From assembly GCF_009914755.1 (NCBI RefSeq), contig NC_060948.1: a DNA stretch of 64,000 nucleotides; one strand, written 5' to 3'. The notes under the pieces were generated by a model, which saw only the letters and a program-made list of their open reading frames with translations, did not search any database and was not told the origin of the DNA. Source of the stretch: the human T2T-CHM13v2.0 reference genome, Homo sapiens. The position numbers were made by a program, and so were the translations under genes. Positions within the stretch are counted from its first letter, which is position 1. Every line of letters begins with the position of its first letter. Positions 42,506 to 61,848 of this stretch are shown here, piece after piece.

Positions 42506-44603
42506 AGATCCATATTTTTTAAATGAAAAAAAATTTCAAAGGTACTCTGCTTGGTACAATAATCAAATGTATAAACTGAGGAATAAAACATAACCATGAA
42601 ACCTACTTATAACTGCATATGGAAAATACAGAGGATAATTTTTTAAATAACATATTTTGAAAGCCTTAACTAGTAATTTGAAGAGTTGGCATTTGAAAGG
42701 CCAGTATGAATATACCTTCAAAGCAGCAACACAGGTTCCCCATGAGAAAAAGCAAACTCAGGGAAAATAAAACCACAAAGGTTCAATCTCTTCTGACCTT
42801 TGAAAGACACAGCACAGACAGTGGTCCTTAGGACGAAGAGCAGGAGACCCCTAATTCCGTCACCATGGCGATAGGGCATAAACATTGCTGGGTGAGGGCA
42901 CAATCCACATTGTGAGGTCCAACTGCTGCCAGGAAGACAGGAGTGCTTTTACATAGACCGAAAGGTCATTGAAGGCTCAGAGTTTTGTTTCAAGAACTGA
43001 ATCCCAAGCCCACACGTTATTAGGCTGCGCTTCTTAAAACAAGTTATGAGATGGGAAAAAGGGCACCTACAAACATACGTATACATTATGTATATAATAA
43101 TATACAGTATCATATATATAATATATATAACCTATGTATAATATTGTTTTACATCCTGCATCTTATATTATATATATTGTATAAAATATAATAATTGATA
43201 ATATATAAATTTTATATTTATACAATATGACATATAGTATATATTATAATTTATTACATATATAATATATGTTATATATCATATATAGAATATATTATAC
43301 GGTTAATATACGTATTAAATATAAATTATACATTATATATATTATATATAATATATCTGCTATATATAATACCCATTGTGCATAATATATATATTATGTC
43401 TATGTTATATAATATAAAACAACATATAATAATATATAATTGTATATATAAAACGCGACATATAATATATATTATATTTTATGACATATGTAATATATAT
43501 TATATATTATATATAATACGTTGTATGTATAATACCTATATTAAATATAAATTATATGACTATGTTATTAATTACATGTCACATATGTTATATATTATAT
43601 ATTTTACATAGAATATACCGGTTACATACAATATATACTATGTTACCTATAATGTATAATTTATTACATGTAAAATAAAGAATGCAATATATTATGTATA
43701 ATTTATAATATACAATATGTGGAATGTGATATATATAACATATAATATATGATATATGATATACAGTATATGATATATAACATACAATATATGATACCTA
43801 ATATATATGGTATACAATATATATTTTATGATATGTATTCTATATGTTTTATATTCTGATATATATAACTATTTGAAATTATATATAACTGTATAATATT
43901 TTATGTAAATATGTAATATAATATATAACTATATAATATATTATATATAACTATATATAATGTTATATATACTTTTATAACATAATTTACATAAAATATC
44001 ATAATATAATATATATTATATTATTTCATATTACATAATATATATTACATATCACCCAATATAAGTAACATACATAATATTATAATATAGATTATATTAT
44101 GTTATATTAAATATCATATATATCATGTATCATATATTCTATAATATATATGATACATTATATAATATGTATGCTGTCTATTATGTGATATATATAACTA
44201 TATATAATTATATTATTATACATATTACTAGATAAACATGTAATTCTACATATTTTCATTTATAATATATAGAATTATATAATCATATATAATTATTTAT
44301 ATTCTATAAAAAATTATATCATTATATAAATTATAATATATAAAAATTATAATATGTACTACAAATATTATATTATATATCATATATGATATAGTACCTT
44401 TGTTATATATCATAATACATATAAATGTGTATTATGTTATCTATAATTATATAATTTCATATATAAGATGTATAATATGTATTATATATTATATATGTTA
44501 TGTAATATATATAGTATATATAAGATGACACAGGATAAATATTATATACTATGACATATAAAATATATGAGGTTATATGTTACATATAAGGCATAGCACA
44601 TAA

Positions 44604-44918
<315 letters not shown>

Positions 44919-47019
44919 AGATCCATATTTTTTAAATGAAAAAAAATTTCAAAGGTACTCTGCTTGGTACAATAATCAAATGTATAAACTGAGGAATAAA
45001 ACATAACCATGAAACCTACTTATAACTGCATATGGAAAATACAGAGGATAATTTTTTAAATAACATATTTTGAAAGCCTTAACTAGTAATTTGAAGAGTT
45101 GGCATTTGAAAGGCCAGTATGAATACACCTTCAAAGCAGCAACACAGGTTCCCCATGAGAAAAAGCAAACTCAGGGAAAATAAAACCACAAAGGTTCAAT
45201 CTCTTCTGACCTTTGAAAGACACAGCACAGACAGTGGTCCTTAGGACGAAGAGCAGGAGACCCCTAATTCCGTCACCATGGCGATAGGGCATAAACATTG
45301 CTGGGTGAGGGCACAATCCACATTGTGAGGTCCAACTGCTGCCAGGAAGACAGGAGTGCTTTTACATAGACCGAAAGGTCATTGAAGGCTCAGAGTTTTG
45401 TTTCAAGAACTGAATCCCAAGCCCACACGTTATTAGGCTGCGCTTCTTAAAACAAGTTATGAGATGGGAAAAAGGGCACCTACAAACATACGTATACATT
45501 ATGTATATAATAATATACAGTATCATATATATAATATATATAACCCATGTATAATATTGTTTTACATCCTGCATCTTATATTATATATATTGTATAAAAT
45601 ATAATAATTGATAATATATAAATTTTATATTTATACAATATGACATATAGTATATATTATAATTTATTACATATATAATATATGTTATATATCATATATA
45701 GAATATATTATACGGTTAATATACGTATTAAATATAAATTATACATTATATATATTATATATAATATATCTGCTATATATAATACCCATTGTGCATAATA
45801 TATATATTATGTCTATGTTATATATAGTATAAAACAACATATAATAATATATAATTGTATATATAAAACGCGACATATAATATATATTATATTTTATGAC
45901 ATATGTAATATATATTATATATTATATATAATACGTTGTATGTATAATACCTATATTAAATATAAATTATATGAATATGTTATTAATTACATGTCACATA
46001 TGTTATATATTATATATTTTACATAGAATATACCGGTTACATACAATATATACTATGTTACCTATAATGTATAATTTATTACATGTAAAATAAAGAATGC
46101 AATATATTATGTATAATTTATAATATACAATATGTGGAATGTGATATATATAACATATAATATATGATATATGATATACAGTATATGATATATAACATAC
46201 AATATATGATACCTAATATATATGGTATACAATATATATTTTATGATATGTATTCTATATGTTTTATATTCTGTTATATATAACTATTTGAAATTATATA
46301 TAACTGTATAATATTTTATGTAAATATGTAATATAATATATAACTATATAATATATTATATATAACTATATATTATGTTATATATACTTTTATAACATAA
46401 TTTACATAAAATATCATAATATAATATATATTATATTATTTCATATTACATAATATATATTACATATCACCCAATATAAGTAACATACATAATATTATAA
46501 TATAGATTATATTATGTTATATTAAATATCATATATATCATGTATCATATATTCTATAATATATATGATACATTATATAATATGTATGTTGTCTATTATG
46601 TGATATATATAACTATATATAATTATATTATTATACATATTACTAGATAAACATGTAATTCTACAAATTTTCATTTATAATATATAGAATTATATAATCA
46701 TATATAATTATTTATATTCTATAAAAAATTATATCATTATATAAATTATAATATATAAAAATTATAATATGTACTACAAATATATATATTATATATCATA
46801 TATGATATAGTACCTTTGTTATATATCATAATACATATAAATGTGTATTATGTTATCTATAATTATATAATTTCATATATAAGATGTATAATATGTATTA
46901 TATATTATATATGTTATGTAATATATATAGTATATATAAGATGACACAGGATAAATATTATATACTATGACATATAAAATATATGAGGTTATATGTTACA
47001 TATAAGGCATAGCACATAA

Positions 47020-47334
<315 letters not shown>

Positions 47335-49459
47335 AGATCCATATTTTTTAAATGAAAAAAAATTTCAAAGGTACTCTGCTTGGTACAATAATCAAATGTA
47401 TAAACTGAGGAATAAAACATAACCATGAAACCTACTTATAACTGCATATGGAAAATACAGAGGATAATTTTTTAAATAACATATTTTGAAAGCCTTAACT
47501 AGTAATTTGAAGAGTTGGCATTTGAAAGGCCAGTATGAATATACCTTCAAAGCAGCAACACAGGTTCCCCATGAGAAAAAGCAAACTCAGGGAAAATAAA
47601 ACCACAAAGGTTCAATCTCTTCTGACCTTTGAAAGACACAGCACAGACAGTGGTCCTTAGGACGAAGAGCAGGAGACCCCTAATTCCGTCACCATGGCGA
47701 TAGGGCATAAACATTGCTGGGTGAGGGCACAATCCACATTGTGAGGTCCAACTGCTGCCAGGAAGACAGGAGTGCTTTTACATAGACCGAAAGGTCATTG
47801 AAGGCTCAGAGTTTTGTTTCAAGAACTGAATCCCAAGCCCACACGTTATTAGGCTGCGCTTCTTAAAACAAGTTATGAGATGGGAAAAAGGGCACCCACA
47901 AACATACGTATACATTATGTATATAATAATATACAGTATCATATATATAATATATATAACCTATGTATAATATTGTTTTACATCCTGCATCTTATATTAT
48001 ATATATTGTCTAAAATATAATAATTGATAAAATATAAGTTTTATATTTATACAATATGACATATAGTATATATTATAATTTATGACATATATAATATATG
48101 TTATATATCATATATAGAATATATTATACGGTTAATATACGTATTAAATATAAATTATACATTATATATATTATATAAAATATATCTGTTATATATAATA
48201 CCCATTATGCATAATATATATATTATGTCTATGTTATATATACTATAAAACAACATATAATAATATATAACTGTATATATAAAATGCGACATATAATATA
48301 TATTATATTTTATGACATATGTAATATATATTATATATTATATATAATACGTTGTATGTATAATACCTATATTAAATATATATTATATGACTATGTTATT
48401 AATTACATGTCACATATGTTATATATTATATATTTTACATAGAATATACCGGTTACATACAATATATACTATGTTACCTATAATGTATAATTGATTACAT
48501 GTAAAATAAAGAATGCAATATATTATGTATAATTTATAATATACAATATGTGGAATGTGATATATATAACATATAATATATGATATATGATATACAGTAT
48601 ATGATATATAACATACAATATATGATACCTGATATATATGGTATACAATATATATTTTATGATATGTATTCTCTATGTTTTATATTCTGTTATATATAAC
48701 TATTTGAAATTATATATAACTGTATAATATTTTATGTAAATATGTAATATAATATATATAACTATATAATATTTTATATATAACTATATATTATGTTATA
48801 TATACTTTTATAACATAATTTACATAAAATATCATAATATAATATATATTATATTATTTCATATTACATAATATACATTCCATATGACCCAATATAAGTA
48901 ACATACATATTATAATATAGATTATATTATGTTATATTAAATTTCATATATATCATGTATCATATATTCCATAATATATATTATACATTATATAATATGT
49001 ATGTTGTCTATTATGTGATATATATAACTAAATATATAATTATATTGTTATACATATAACTAGATAAACATGTAATTCTACATATTTTCATTTATAATAT
49101 ATAGAATTATATAATCATATATAATTATTTATATTCTATAAAAAATTATATCATTATATAAATTATAATATATAAAAATCATAATATGTCCTACAAATAT
49201 ATATATTATATATCATATATGATATAGTACCTTTGTTATATATCATAATACATATAAATGTGTATTATGTTATCTATAATTATATAATTTCATATATAAG
49301 ATGTATAATATGTATTATATATTATATATGTTATGTAATATATATAGTATATATAAGATGTCACAGGATAAATATTATATACTATGACATATAAAATATA
49401 TGAGGTTATATGTTACATATAAGGCATAGCACATAACATGTAATATATATCATCTATAA

Positions 49460-49751
<292 letters not shown>

Positions 49752-51856
49752 AGATCCATATTTTTTAAATGAAAAAAAATTTCAAAGGTACTCTGCTTGG
49801 TACAATAATCAAATGTATAAACTGAGGAATAAAACATAACCATGAAACCTACTTATAACTGCATATGGAAAATACAGAGGATAATTTTTTAAATAACATA
49901 TTTTGAAAGCCTTAACTAGTAATTTGAAGAGTTGGCATTTGAAAGGCCAGTATGAATATACCTTCAAAGCAGCAACACAGGTTCCCCATGAGAAAAAGCA
50001 AACTCAGGGAAAATAAAACCACAAAGGTTCAATCTCTTCTGACCTTTGAAAGACACAGCACAGACAGTGGTCCTTAGGACGAAGAGCAGGAGACCCCTAA
50101 TTCCGTCACCATGGCGATAGGGCATAAACATTGCTGGGTGAGGGCACAATCCACATTGTGAGGTCCAACTGCTGCCAGGAAGACAGGAGTGCTTTTACAT
50201 AGACCGAAAGGTCATTGAAGGCTCAGAGTTTTGTTTCAAGAACTGAATCCCAAGCCCACACGTTATTAGGCTGCGCTTCTTAAAACAAGTTATGAGATGG
50301 GAAAAAGGGCACCCACAAACATACGTCTACATTATGTATATAATAATATACAGTATCATATATATAATATATATAACCTATGTATAATATTGTTTTACAT
50401 AATGCATCTTATATTATATATATTGTATAAAATATAATAATTGATAATATATAAGTTTTATAATTATACAATATGACATATAGTATATATTATAATTTAT
50501 GACATATATAATATATGTTATATATCATATGTAGAATATATTATACGGTTAATATACGTATTAAATATAAATTATACATTATATATATTATATATAATAT
50601 ATCTGTTATATATAATACCCATTATGCATAATATATATATTATGTCTATGTTATATATAGTATAAAACAACATATAATAATATATAATTGTATATATAAA
50701 ATGCGACATATAATATATATTATATTTTATAACATATGTAATATATATTATATATTATATATAATACGTTGTATGTATAATACCTATATTAAATATATAT
50801 TATATGACTATGTTATTAATTACATATCACATGTGTTATATATTATATATTTTACATAGAATATACCGGTTACATACAATATATACTATGTTACCTATAA
50901 TGTGTAATTTATTACATGTAAAATAAAGAATGCAATATATTATGTATAATTTATAATATACAATATGTGGAATGTGATATATATAACATATAATATATGA
51001 TATATGATATACAGTATATGATATATAACATACAAAATATGATTCCTAATATATATGGTATACAATATATATTTTATGATATGTATTCTATATGTTTTAT
51101 ATTCTGTTATATATAACTATTTGAAATTATATATAACTGTATAATATTTTATGTAAATATGTAATATAATATATATAACTATATAATATATTACATATAA
51201 CTATATATTATGTTATATATACTTTTATAACATAATTTACATAAAATATCATAATGTAATATATATTATATTATTTCATATTACATAATATATATTACAT
51301 ATCACCCAATATAACTAACATACATAATATTATAATATAGATTATATTGTGTTATATTAAATATCATATATATCATGTATCATATATTCTATAACATATA
51401 TTACACATTATATAATATGTATGTTGTCTATTATGTGATATATATAACTATATATATAATTATATTTTTATACATATAACTAGATAAACATGTAATTCTA
51501 CATATTTTCATTTATAATATGTAGAATTATATAATCATATATAATTATTTATATTCTATAAAAAATTTTATCATTACATAAATTATAATATATAAAAATT
51601 ATAATATGTACTACAAATATATATATTATATATCATATATGATATAGTACCTTTGTTATATATCATAATACATATAAATGTGTATTATGTTATCTATAAT
51701 TATATAATTTCATATATAAGATGTATAATATGTATCATATATTATATATGTTATGTAATATATATAGTATATATAAGATGACACAGGATAAATATTATAT
51801 ACTATGACATATAAAATATATCAGGTTATATGTTACATATAAGGCATAGCACATAA

Positions 51857-52171
<315 letters not shown>

Positions 52172-54273
52172 AGATCCATATTTTTTAAATGAAAAAAAAT
52201 TTCAAAGGTACTCTGCTTGGTACAATAATCAAATGTATAAACTGAGGAATAAAACATAACCATGAAACCTACTTATAACTGCATATGGAAAATACAGAGG
52301 ATAATTTTTTAAATAACATATTTTGAAAGCCTTAACTAGTAATTTGAAGAGCTGGCATTTGAAAGGCCAGTATGAATATACATTCAAATCAGCAACACAG
52401 GTTCCCCATGAGAAAAAGCAAACACAGGGAAAATAAAAACACAAAGGTTCAATCTCTTCTGACCTTTGAAAGACACAGCACAGACAGTGGTCCTTAGGAC
52501 GAAGAGCAGGAGACCCCTAATTCCGTCACCATGGCGATAGGGCATAAACATTGCTGGGTGAGGGCACAATCCACATTGTGAGGTCCAACTGCTGCCAGGA
52601 AGACAGGAGTGCTTTTACATAGACCGAAAGGTCATTGAAGGCTCAGAGTTTTGTTTCAAGAACTGAATCCCAAGCCCACACGTTATTAGGCTGCGCTTCT
52701 TAAAACAAGTTATGAGATGGGAAAAAGGGCACCCACAAACATACGTATACATTATGTATATAATAATATACAGTGTCATATATTTAATATATATAACCTA
52801 TGTATAATGTTTTACATCCTGCATCTTATGTTATATATATTGTATAAAATATAATAATTGATAATATATAAGTTTTATAATTATACAATATGACATATAG
52901 TATATATTATAATTTATGACATATATAATATATGTTATATGTCATATATAGAATATATTATACGGTTAATATACGTATTAAATATAAATTACACATTATA
53001 TATATTATATATAATATATCTGTTATATATAATACCCATTATGCATAATATATATATTATGTCTATGTTATATATAGTATAAAACAACATATAATAATAT
53101 ATAATTGTATATATAAAATGCGACATATAATATATATTATATTTTATAACATATGTAATTTATATTATATATTATATATAATACGTTGTATGTATAATAC
53201 CTATATTAAATATATATTATATGACTATGTTATTAATTACATGTCACATGTGTTATATATTATATATTTTACATAGAATATACCGGTTACATACAATATA
53301 TACTATGTTACCTATAATGTATAATTTATTACATGTAAAATAAAGAATGCAATATATTATGTATAATTTATAATATACCATATGTGGAATGTGATATATA
53401 TAACATATAATATATGATATATGATATACAGTATATGATATATAACATACAATATATGATTCCTAATATATATTGTATACAATATATATTTTATGATATG
53501 TATTCTATATGTTTTATATTCTGTTATATATAACTATTTGAAATTATATATAACTGTATAATATTTTATGTAAATATGTAATATAATATATATAACTATA
53601 TAATATATTACATATAACTATATATTATGTTATATATACTTTTATAACATAATTTACATAAAATATCATAATGTAATATATATTATATTATTTCATATTA
53701 CATAATATATATTACATATCACCCAATATAACTAACATACATAATATTATAATATAGATTATATTGTGTTATATTAAATATCATATATATCATGTATCAT
53801 ATATTCTATAATATATATTACACATTATATAATATGTATGTTGTCTATTATGTGATATATATAACTATATATATAATTATATTTTTATACATATAACTAG
53901 ATAAACATGTAATTCTACATATTTTCATTTATAATATGTAGAATTATATAATCATATATAATTATTTATATTCTATAAAAAATTTTATCATTATATAAAT
54001 TATAATATATAAAAATTATAATATGTACTACAAATATATATATTATATATCATATATGATATAGTACCTTTGTTATATATCATAATACATATAAATGTGT
54101 ATTATGTTATCTATAATTATATAATTTCATATATAAGATGTATAATATGTATCATATATTATATATGTTATGTAATATATATAGTATATATAAGATGACA
54201 CAGGATAAATATTATATACTATGACATATAAAATATATCAGGTTATATGTTACATATAAGGCATAGCACATAA

Positions 54274-54588
<315 letters not shown>

Positions 54589-56716
54589 AGATCCATATTT
54601 TTTAAATGAAAAAAAATTTCAAAGGTACTCTGCTTGGTACAATAATGAAATGTATAAACTGAGGAATAAAACATAACCATGAAACCTACTTATAACTGCA
54701 TATGGAAAATACAGAGGATAATTTTTTAAATAACATATTTTGAAAGCCTTAACTAGTAATTTGAAGAGTTGGCATTTGAAAGGCCAGTATGAATATACCT
54801 TCAAATCAGCAACACAGGTTCCCCATGAGAAAAAGCAAACTCAGGGAAAATAAAAACACAAAGGTTCAATCTCTTTTGACCTTTGAAAGACACAGCACAG
54901 ACAGTGGTCCTTAGGACGAAGAGCAGGAGACCCCTAATTCCGTCACCATGGCGATAGGGCATAAACATTGCTGGGTGAGGGCACAATCCACATTGTGAGG
55001 TCCAACTGCTGCCAGGAAGACAGGAGTGCTTTTACATAGACCGAAAGGTCATTGAAGGCTCAGAGTTTTGTTTCAAGAACTGAATCCCAAGCCCACACGT
55101 TATTAGGCTGCGCTTCTTAAAACAAGTTATGAGATGGGAAAAAGGGCACCCACAAACATACGTATACATTATGTATATAATAATATACAGTATCATATAT
55201 ATAATATATATAACCTATGTATAATATTGTTTTACATCCTGCATCTTATGTTATATATATTGTATAAAATATAATAATTGATAATATATAAGATTTATAA
55301 TTATACAATATGACATATAGTATATATTATAATTTATGACATATATAATATATGTTATATATCATATGTAGAATATATTATACGGTTAATATACGTATTA
55401 AATATAAATTATACATTATATATATTATATATAATATATCTGTTATATATAATACACATTATGCATAATATATATATTATGTCTATGTTATATATAGTAT
55501 AAAACAACATATAATAATGTATAATTGTATATATAAAATGCGACATATAATATATATTATATTTTATAACATATGTAATATATACTATATATTATATATA
55601 ATACGTTGTATGTATAATACCTATATTAAATATATATTATATGACTATGTTATTAATTACATGTCACATGTGTTATATATTATACATTTTACATAGAATA
55701 TACCGGTTACATACAATATATACTATGTTACCTATAATGTGTAATTTATTACATGTAAAATAAAGAATGCAATATATTATGTATAATTTATAATATACAA
55801 TATGTGGAATGTGATATATATAACATATAATATATGATATATGATATACAGTATATGATATATAACATACAATATATGATTCCTAATATATATGGTATAC
55901 AATATATATTTTATGATATGTATTCTATATGTTTTATATTCTGTTATATATAACTATTTGAAATTATATATAACTGTATAATATTTTATGTAAATATGTA
56001 ATATAATATATATAACTATATAATATATTATAGATAACTATATATTATGTTATATATACTTTTATAACATAATTTACATAAAATATCATAATATAATATA
56101 TATTATATTATTTCATATTACATAATATATATTACATATCACCCAATATAACTAACATACATAATATTATAATATAGATTATATTGTGTTATATTAAATA
56201 TCATATATATCATGTATCATATATTCTATAATATATATTACACATTATATAATATGTATGTTGTCTATTATGTGATATATATAACTATATATATAATTAT
56301 ATTTTTATACATATAACTAGATAAACATGTAATTCTACATATTTTCATTTATAATATGTAGAATTATATAATCATATATAATTATTTATATTCTATAAAA
56401 AATTTTATCATTATATAAATTATAATATATAAAAATTATAATATGTACTACAAATATATATATTATATATCATATATGATATAGTACCTTTGTTATATAT
56501 CATAATACATATAAATGTGTATTATGTTATCTATAATTATATAATTTCATATATAAGATGTATAATATGTATCATATATTATATATGTTATGTAATATAT
56601 ATAGTATATATAAGATGACACAGGATAAATATTATATACTATGACATATAAAATATATCAGGTTATATGTTACATATAAGGCATAGCACATAACATGTAA
56701 TATGTATCATATATAA

Positions 56717-57008
56717 TTTTTTTTTAGACAGAATCTTGTCCTGTTGCACAGGGTGGGGTACAATGGCGCCATCTTTGCTCACTGCAACTTCTGCCTCATG
56801 GGTCCAAGCGATTGTCCTCCCTCAGCCTCCCAGGTAGCTGGGACTACACCACACTGGGACTACACCAGCTGCCACCATGCCTAGCTAATTTTTTGGATTT
56901 TTAGTAGTGACAATGTTTCACTGTATTGGCCAGGATGGTCTTGATCTCTTTACCTTGTGATCCCCTTGCCTTGGCCTCCAAATTTGCTGGGATTACAGGC
57001 CTGAGCCA
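56717..57008 (-). mobile_element. Alu copy (unit 24, subfamily C)
   Basis: Same Alu with subfamily C variants. Confidence 0.93.
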
Positions 57009-59136
57009 AGATCCATATTTTTTAAATGAAAAAGAATTTCAAAGGTACTCTGCTTGGTACAATAATCAAATGTATAAACTGAGGAATAAAACATAACCAT
57101 GAAACCTACTTATAACTGCATATGGAAAATACAGAGGATAATTTTTTAAATAACATATTTTGAAAGCCTTAACTAGTAATTTGAAGAGTTGGCATTTGAA
57201 AGGCCAGTATGAATATACCTTCAAAGCAGCAACACAGGTTCCCCATGAGAAAAAGCAAACACAGGGAAAATAAAAACACAAAGGTTCAATCTCTTCTGAC
57301 CTTTGAAAGACACAGCACAGACAGTGGTCCTTAGGACGAAGAGCAGGAGACCCCTAATTCCGTCACCATGGCGATAGGGCATAAACATTGCTGGGTGAGG
57401 GCACAATCCACATTGTGAGGTCCAACTGCTGCCAGGAAGACAGGAGTGCTTTTACATAGACCGAAAGGTCATTGAAGGCTGAGAGTTTTGTTTCAAGAAC
57501 TGAATCCCAAGCCCACACGTTATTAGGCTGCGCTTCTTAAAACAAGTTATGAGATGGGAAAAAGGGCACCCACAAACATACGTATACATTATGTATATAA
57601 TAATATACAGTATCATATATATAATATATATAACCTATGTATAATATTGTTTTACATCCTGCATCTTATGTTATATATATTGTATAAAATATAATAATTG
57701 ATAATATATAAGTTTTATAATTATACAATATGACATATAGTATATATTATAATTTATGACATATATAATATATGTTATATATCATATGTAGAATATATTA
57801 TACGGTTAATATACGTATTAAATATAAATTATACATTATATATATTATATATAATATATCTGTTATATATAATACCCATTATGCATAATATATATATTAT
57901 GTCTATGTTATATATAGTATAAAACAACATATAATAATATATAATTGTATATATAAAATGCGACAGATAATATATATTATATTTTATAACATATGTAATA
58001 TATATTATATATTATATATAATACGTTGTATGTATAATACCTATATTAAATATATATTATATGACTATGTTATTAATTACATGTCACATGTGTTATATAT
58101 TATATATTTTACATAGAATATACCGGTTACATACAATATATACTATGTTACCTATAATGTGTAATTTATTACATGTAAAATAAAGAATGCAATATATTAT
58201 GTATAATTTATAATATACAATATGTGGAATGTGATATATATAACATATAATATATGATATATGATATACAGTATATGATATATAACATACAATATATGAT
58301 TCCTAATATATATGGTATACAATATATATTTTATGATATGTATTCTATATGTTTTATATTCTGTTATATATAACTATTTGAAATTATATATAACTGTATA
58401 ATATTTTATGTAAATATGTAATATAATATATATAACTATATAATATATTATAGATAACTATATATTATGTTATATATAATTTTATAACATAATTTACATA
58501 AAATATCATAATATAATATATATTATATTATTTCATATTACATAATATATATTACATATCACCCAATATAACTAACATACATAATATTATAACATAGATT
58601 ATATTGTGTTATATTAAATATCATATATATCATTTATCATATATTCTATAATATATATTACACATTATATAATATGTATGTTGTCTATTATGTGATATAT
58701 ATAACTATATATATAATTATATTTTTATACATATAACTAGATAAACATGTAATTCTACATATTTTCATTTATAATATGTAGAATTATATAATCATATATA
58801 ATTATTTATATTCTATAAAAAATTTTATCATTATATAAATTATAATATATAAAAATTATAATATGTACTACAAATATATATATTATATATCATATATGAT
58901 ATAGTACCTTTGTTATATATCATAATACATATAAATGTGTATTATGTTATCTATAATTATATAATTTCATATAAAAGATGTATAACATGTATCATATATT
59001 ATATATGTTATGTAATATATATAGTATATATAAGATGACACAGGATAAATATTATATACTATGACATATAAAATATATCAGGTTATATGTTACATATAAG
59101 GCATAGCACATAACATGTTATATGTATCATATATAA

Positions 59137-59428
59137 TTTTTTTTTAGACAGAATCTTGTCCTGTTGCACAGGGTGGGGTACAATGGCGCCATCTTTGCTC
59201 ACTGCAAATTCTGCCTCATGGGTCCAAGCGATTGTCCTCCCTCAGCCTCCCAGGTAGCTGGGACTACACCACACTGGGACTACACCAGCTGCCACCATGC
59301 CTTGCTAATTTTTTGGATTTTTAGTAGTGACAGCGTTTCACTGTATTGGCCAGGTTGGTCTTGATCTCTTCACCTTGTGATCCCCTTGCCTTGGCCTCCA
59401 AATTTGCTGGGATTACAGGCCTGAGCCA
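59137..59428 (-). mobile_element. Alu copy (unit 25, subfamily C)
   Basis: Same Alu with subfamily C variants. Confidence 0.93.
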
Positions 59429-61556
59429 AGATCCATATTTTTTAAATGAAAAAAAATTTCAAAGGTACTCTGCTTGGTACAATAATCAAATGTATAAACT
59501 GAGGAATAAAACATAACCATGAAACCTACTTATAACTGCATATGGAAAATGCAGAGGATAATTTTTTAAATAACATATTTTGAAAGCCTTAACTATTAAT
59601 TTGAAGAGTTGGCATTTGAAAGGCCAGTATGAATATACCTTCAAAGCAGCAACACAGGTTCCCCATGAGAAAAAGCAAACACAGGGAAAATAAAAACACA
59701 AAGGTTCAATCTCTTCTGACCTTTGAAAGACACAGCACAGACAGTGGTCCTTAGGACGAAGAGCAGGAGACCCCTAATTCCGTCACCATGGCGATAGGGC
59801 ATAAACATTGCTGGGTGAGGGCACAATCCACATTGTGAGGTCCAACTGCTGCCAGGAAGACAGGAGTGCTTTTACATAGACCGAAAGGTCATTGAAGGCT
59901 CAGAGTTTTGTTTCAAGAACTGAATCCCAAGCCCACACGTTATTAGGCTGCGCTTCTTAAAACAAGTTATGAGATGGGAAAAAGGGCACCCACAAACATA
60001 CGTATACATTATGTATATAATAATATACAGTGTCATATATTTAATATATATAACCTATGTATAATATTGTTTTACATCCTGCATCTTATGTTATATATAT
60101 TGTATAAAATATAATAATTGATAATATATAAGTTTTATAATTATACAATATGACATATAGTATATATTATAATTTATGACATATATAATATATGTTATAT
60201 GTCATATATAGAATATATTATACGGTTAATATACGTATTAAATATAAATTATACATTATATATATTATATATAATATATCTGTTATATATAATACCCATT
60301 ATGCATAATATATATATTATGTCTATGTTATATATAGTATAAAACAACATATAATAATATATAATTGTATATATAAAATGCGACATATAATATATATTAT
60401 ATTTTATAACATATGTAATATATATTATATATTATATATAATACGTTGTATGTATAATACCTATATTAAATATATATTATATGACTATGTTATTAATTAC
60501 ATGTCACATGTGTTATATATTATATATTTTACATAGAATATACCGGTTACATACAATATATACTATGTTACCTATAATGTATAATTTATTACATGTAAAA
60601 TAAAGAATGCAATATATTATGTATAATTTATAATATACCATATGTGGAATGTGATATATATAACATATAATATATGATATATGGTATACAGTATATGATA
60701 TATAACATACAATATATGATTCCTAATATATATTGTATACAATATATATTTTATGATATGTATTCTATATGTTTTATATTCTGTTATATATAACTATTTG
60801 AAATTATATATAACTGTATAATATTTTATGTAAATATGTAATATAATATATATAACTATATAATATATTACATATAACTATATATTATGTTATATATACT
60901 TTTATAACATAATTTACATAAAATATCATAATGTAATATATATTATATTATTTCATATTACATAATATATATTACATATCACCCAATATAACTAACATAC
61001 ATAATATTATAATATAGATTATATTGTGTTATATTAAATATCATATATATCATGTATCATATATTCTATAATATATATTACACATTATATAATATGTATG
61101 TTGTCTATTATGTGATATATATAACTATATATATAATTATATTTTTATACATATAACTAGATAAACATGTAATTCTACATATTTTCATTTATAATATGTA
61201 GAATTATATAATCATATATAATTATTTATATTCTATAAAAAATTTTATCATTATATAAATTATAATATATAAAAATTATAATATGTACTACAAATATATA
61301 TATTATATATCATATATGATATAGTACCTTTGTTATATATCATAATACATATAAATGTGTATTATGTTATCTATAATTATATAATTTCATATATAAGATG
61401 TATAATATGTATCATATATTATATATGTTATGTAATATATATAGTATATATAAGATGACACAGGATAAATATTATATACTATGACATATAAAATATATCA
61501 GGTTATATGTTACATATAAGGCATAGCACATAACATGTAATATATATCATATATAA

Positions 61557-61848
61557 TTTTTTTTTAGACAGAATCTTGTCCTGTTGCACAGGGTGGGGTA
61601 CAATGGTGCCATCTTTGCTCACTGCAACTTCTGCCTCACGGGTCCAAGCGATTGTCCTCCCTCAGCCTCCCAGGTAGCTGGGACTACACCACACTGGGAC
61701 TACACCAGCTGCCACCATGCCTAGCTAATTTTTTGTATTTTTAGTAGTGACAGCGTTTCACTGTATTGGCCAGGATGGTCTTGATCTCTTCACCTTGTGA
61801 TCCCCTTGCCTTGGCCTCCAAATTTGCTGGGATTACAGGCCTGAGCCA
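61557..61848 (-). mobile_element. Alu copy (unit 26, subfamily C)
   Basis: Same Alu with subfamily C variants. Confidence 0.93.
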
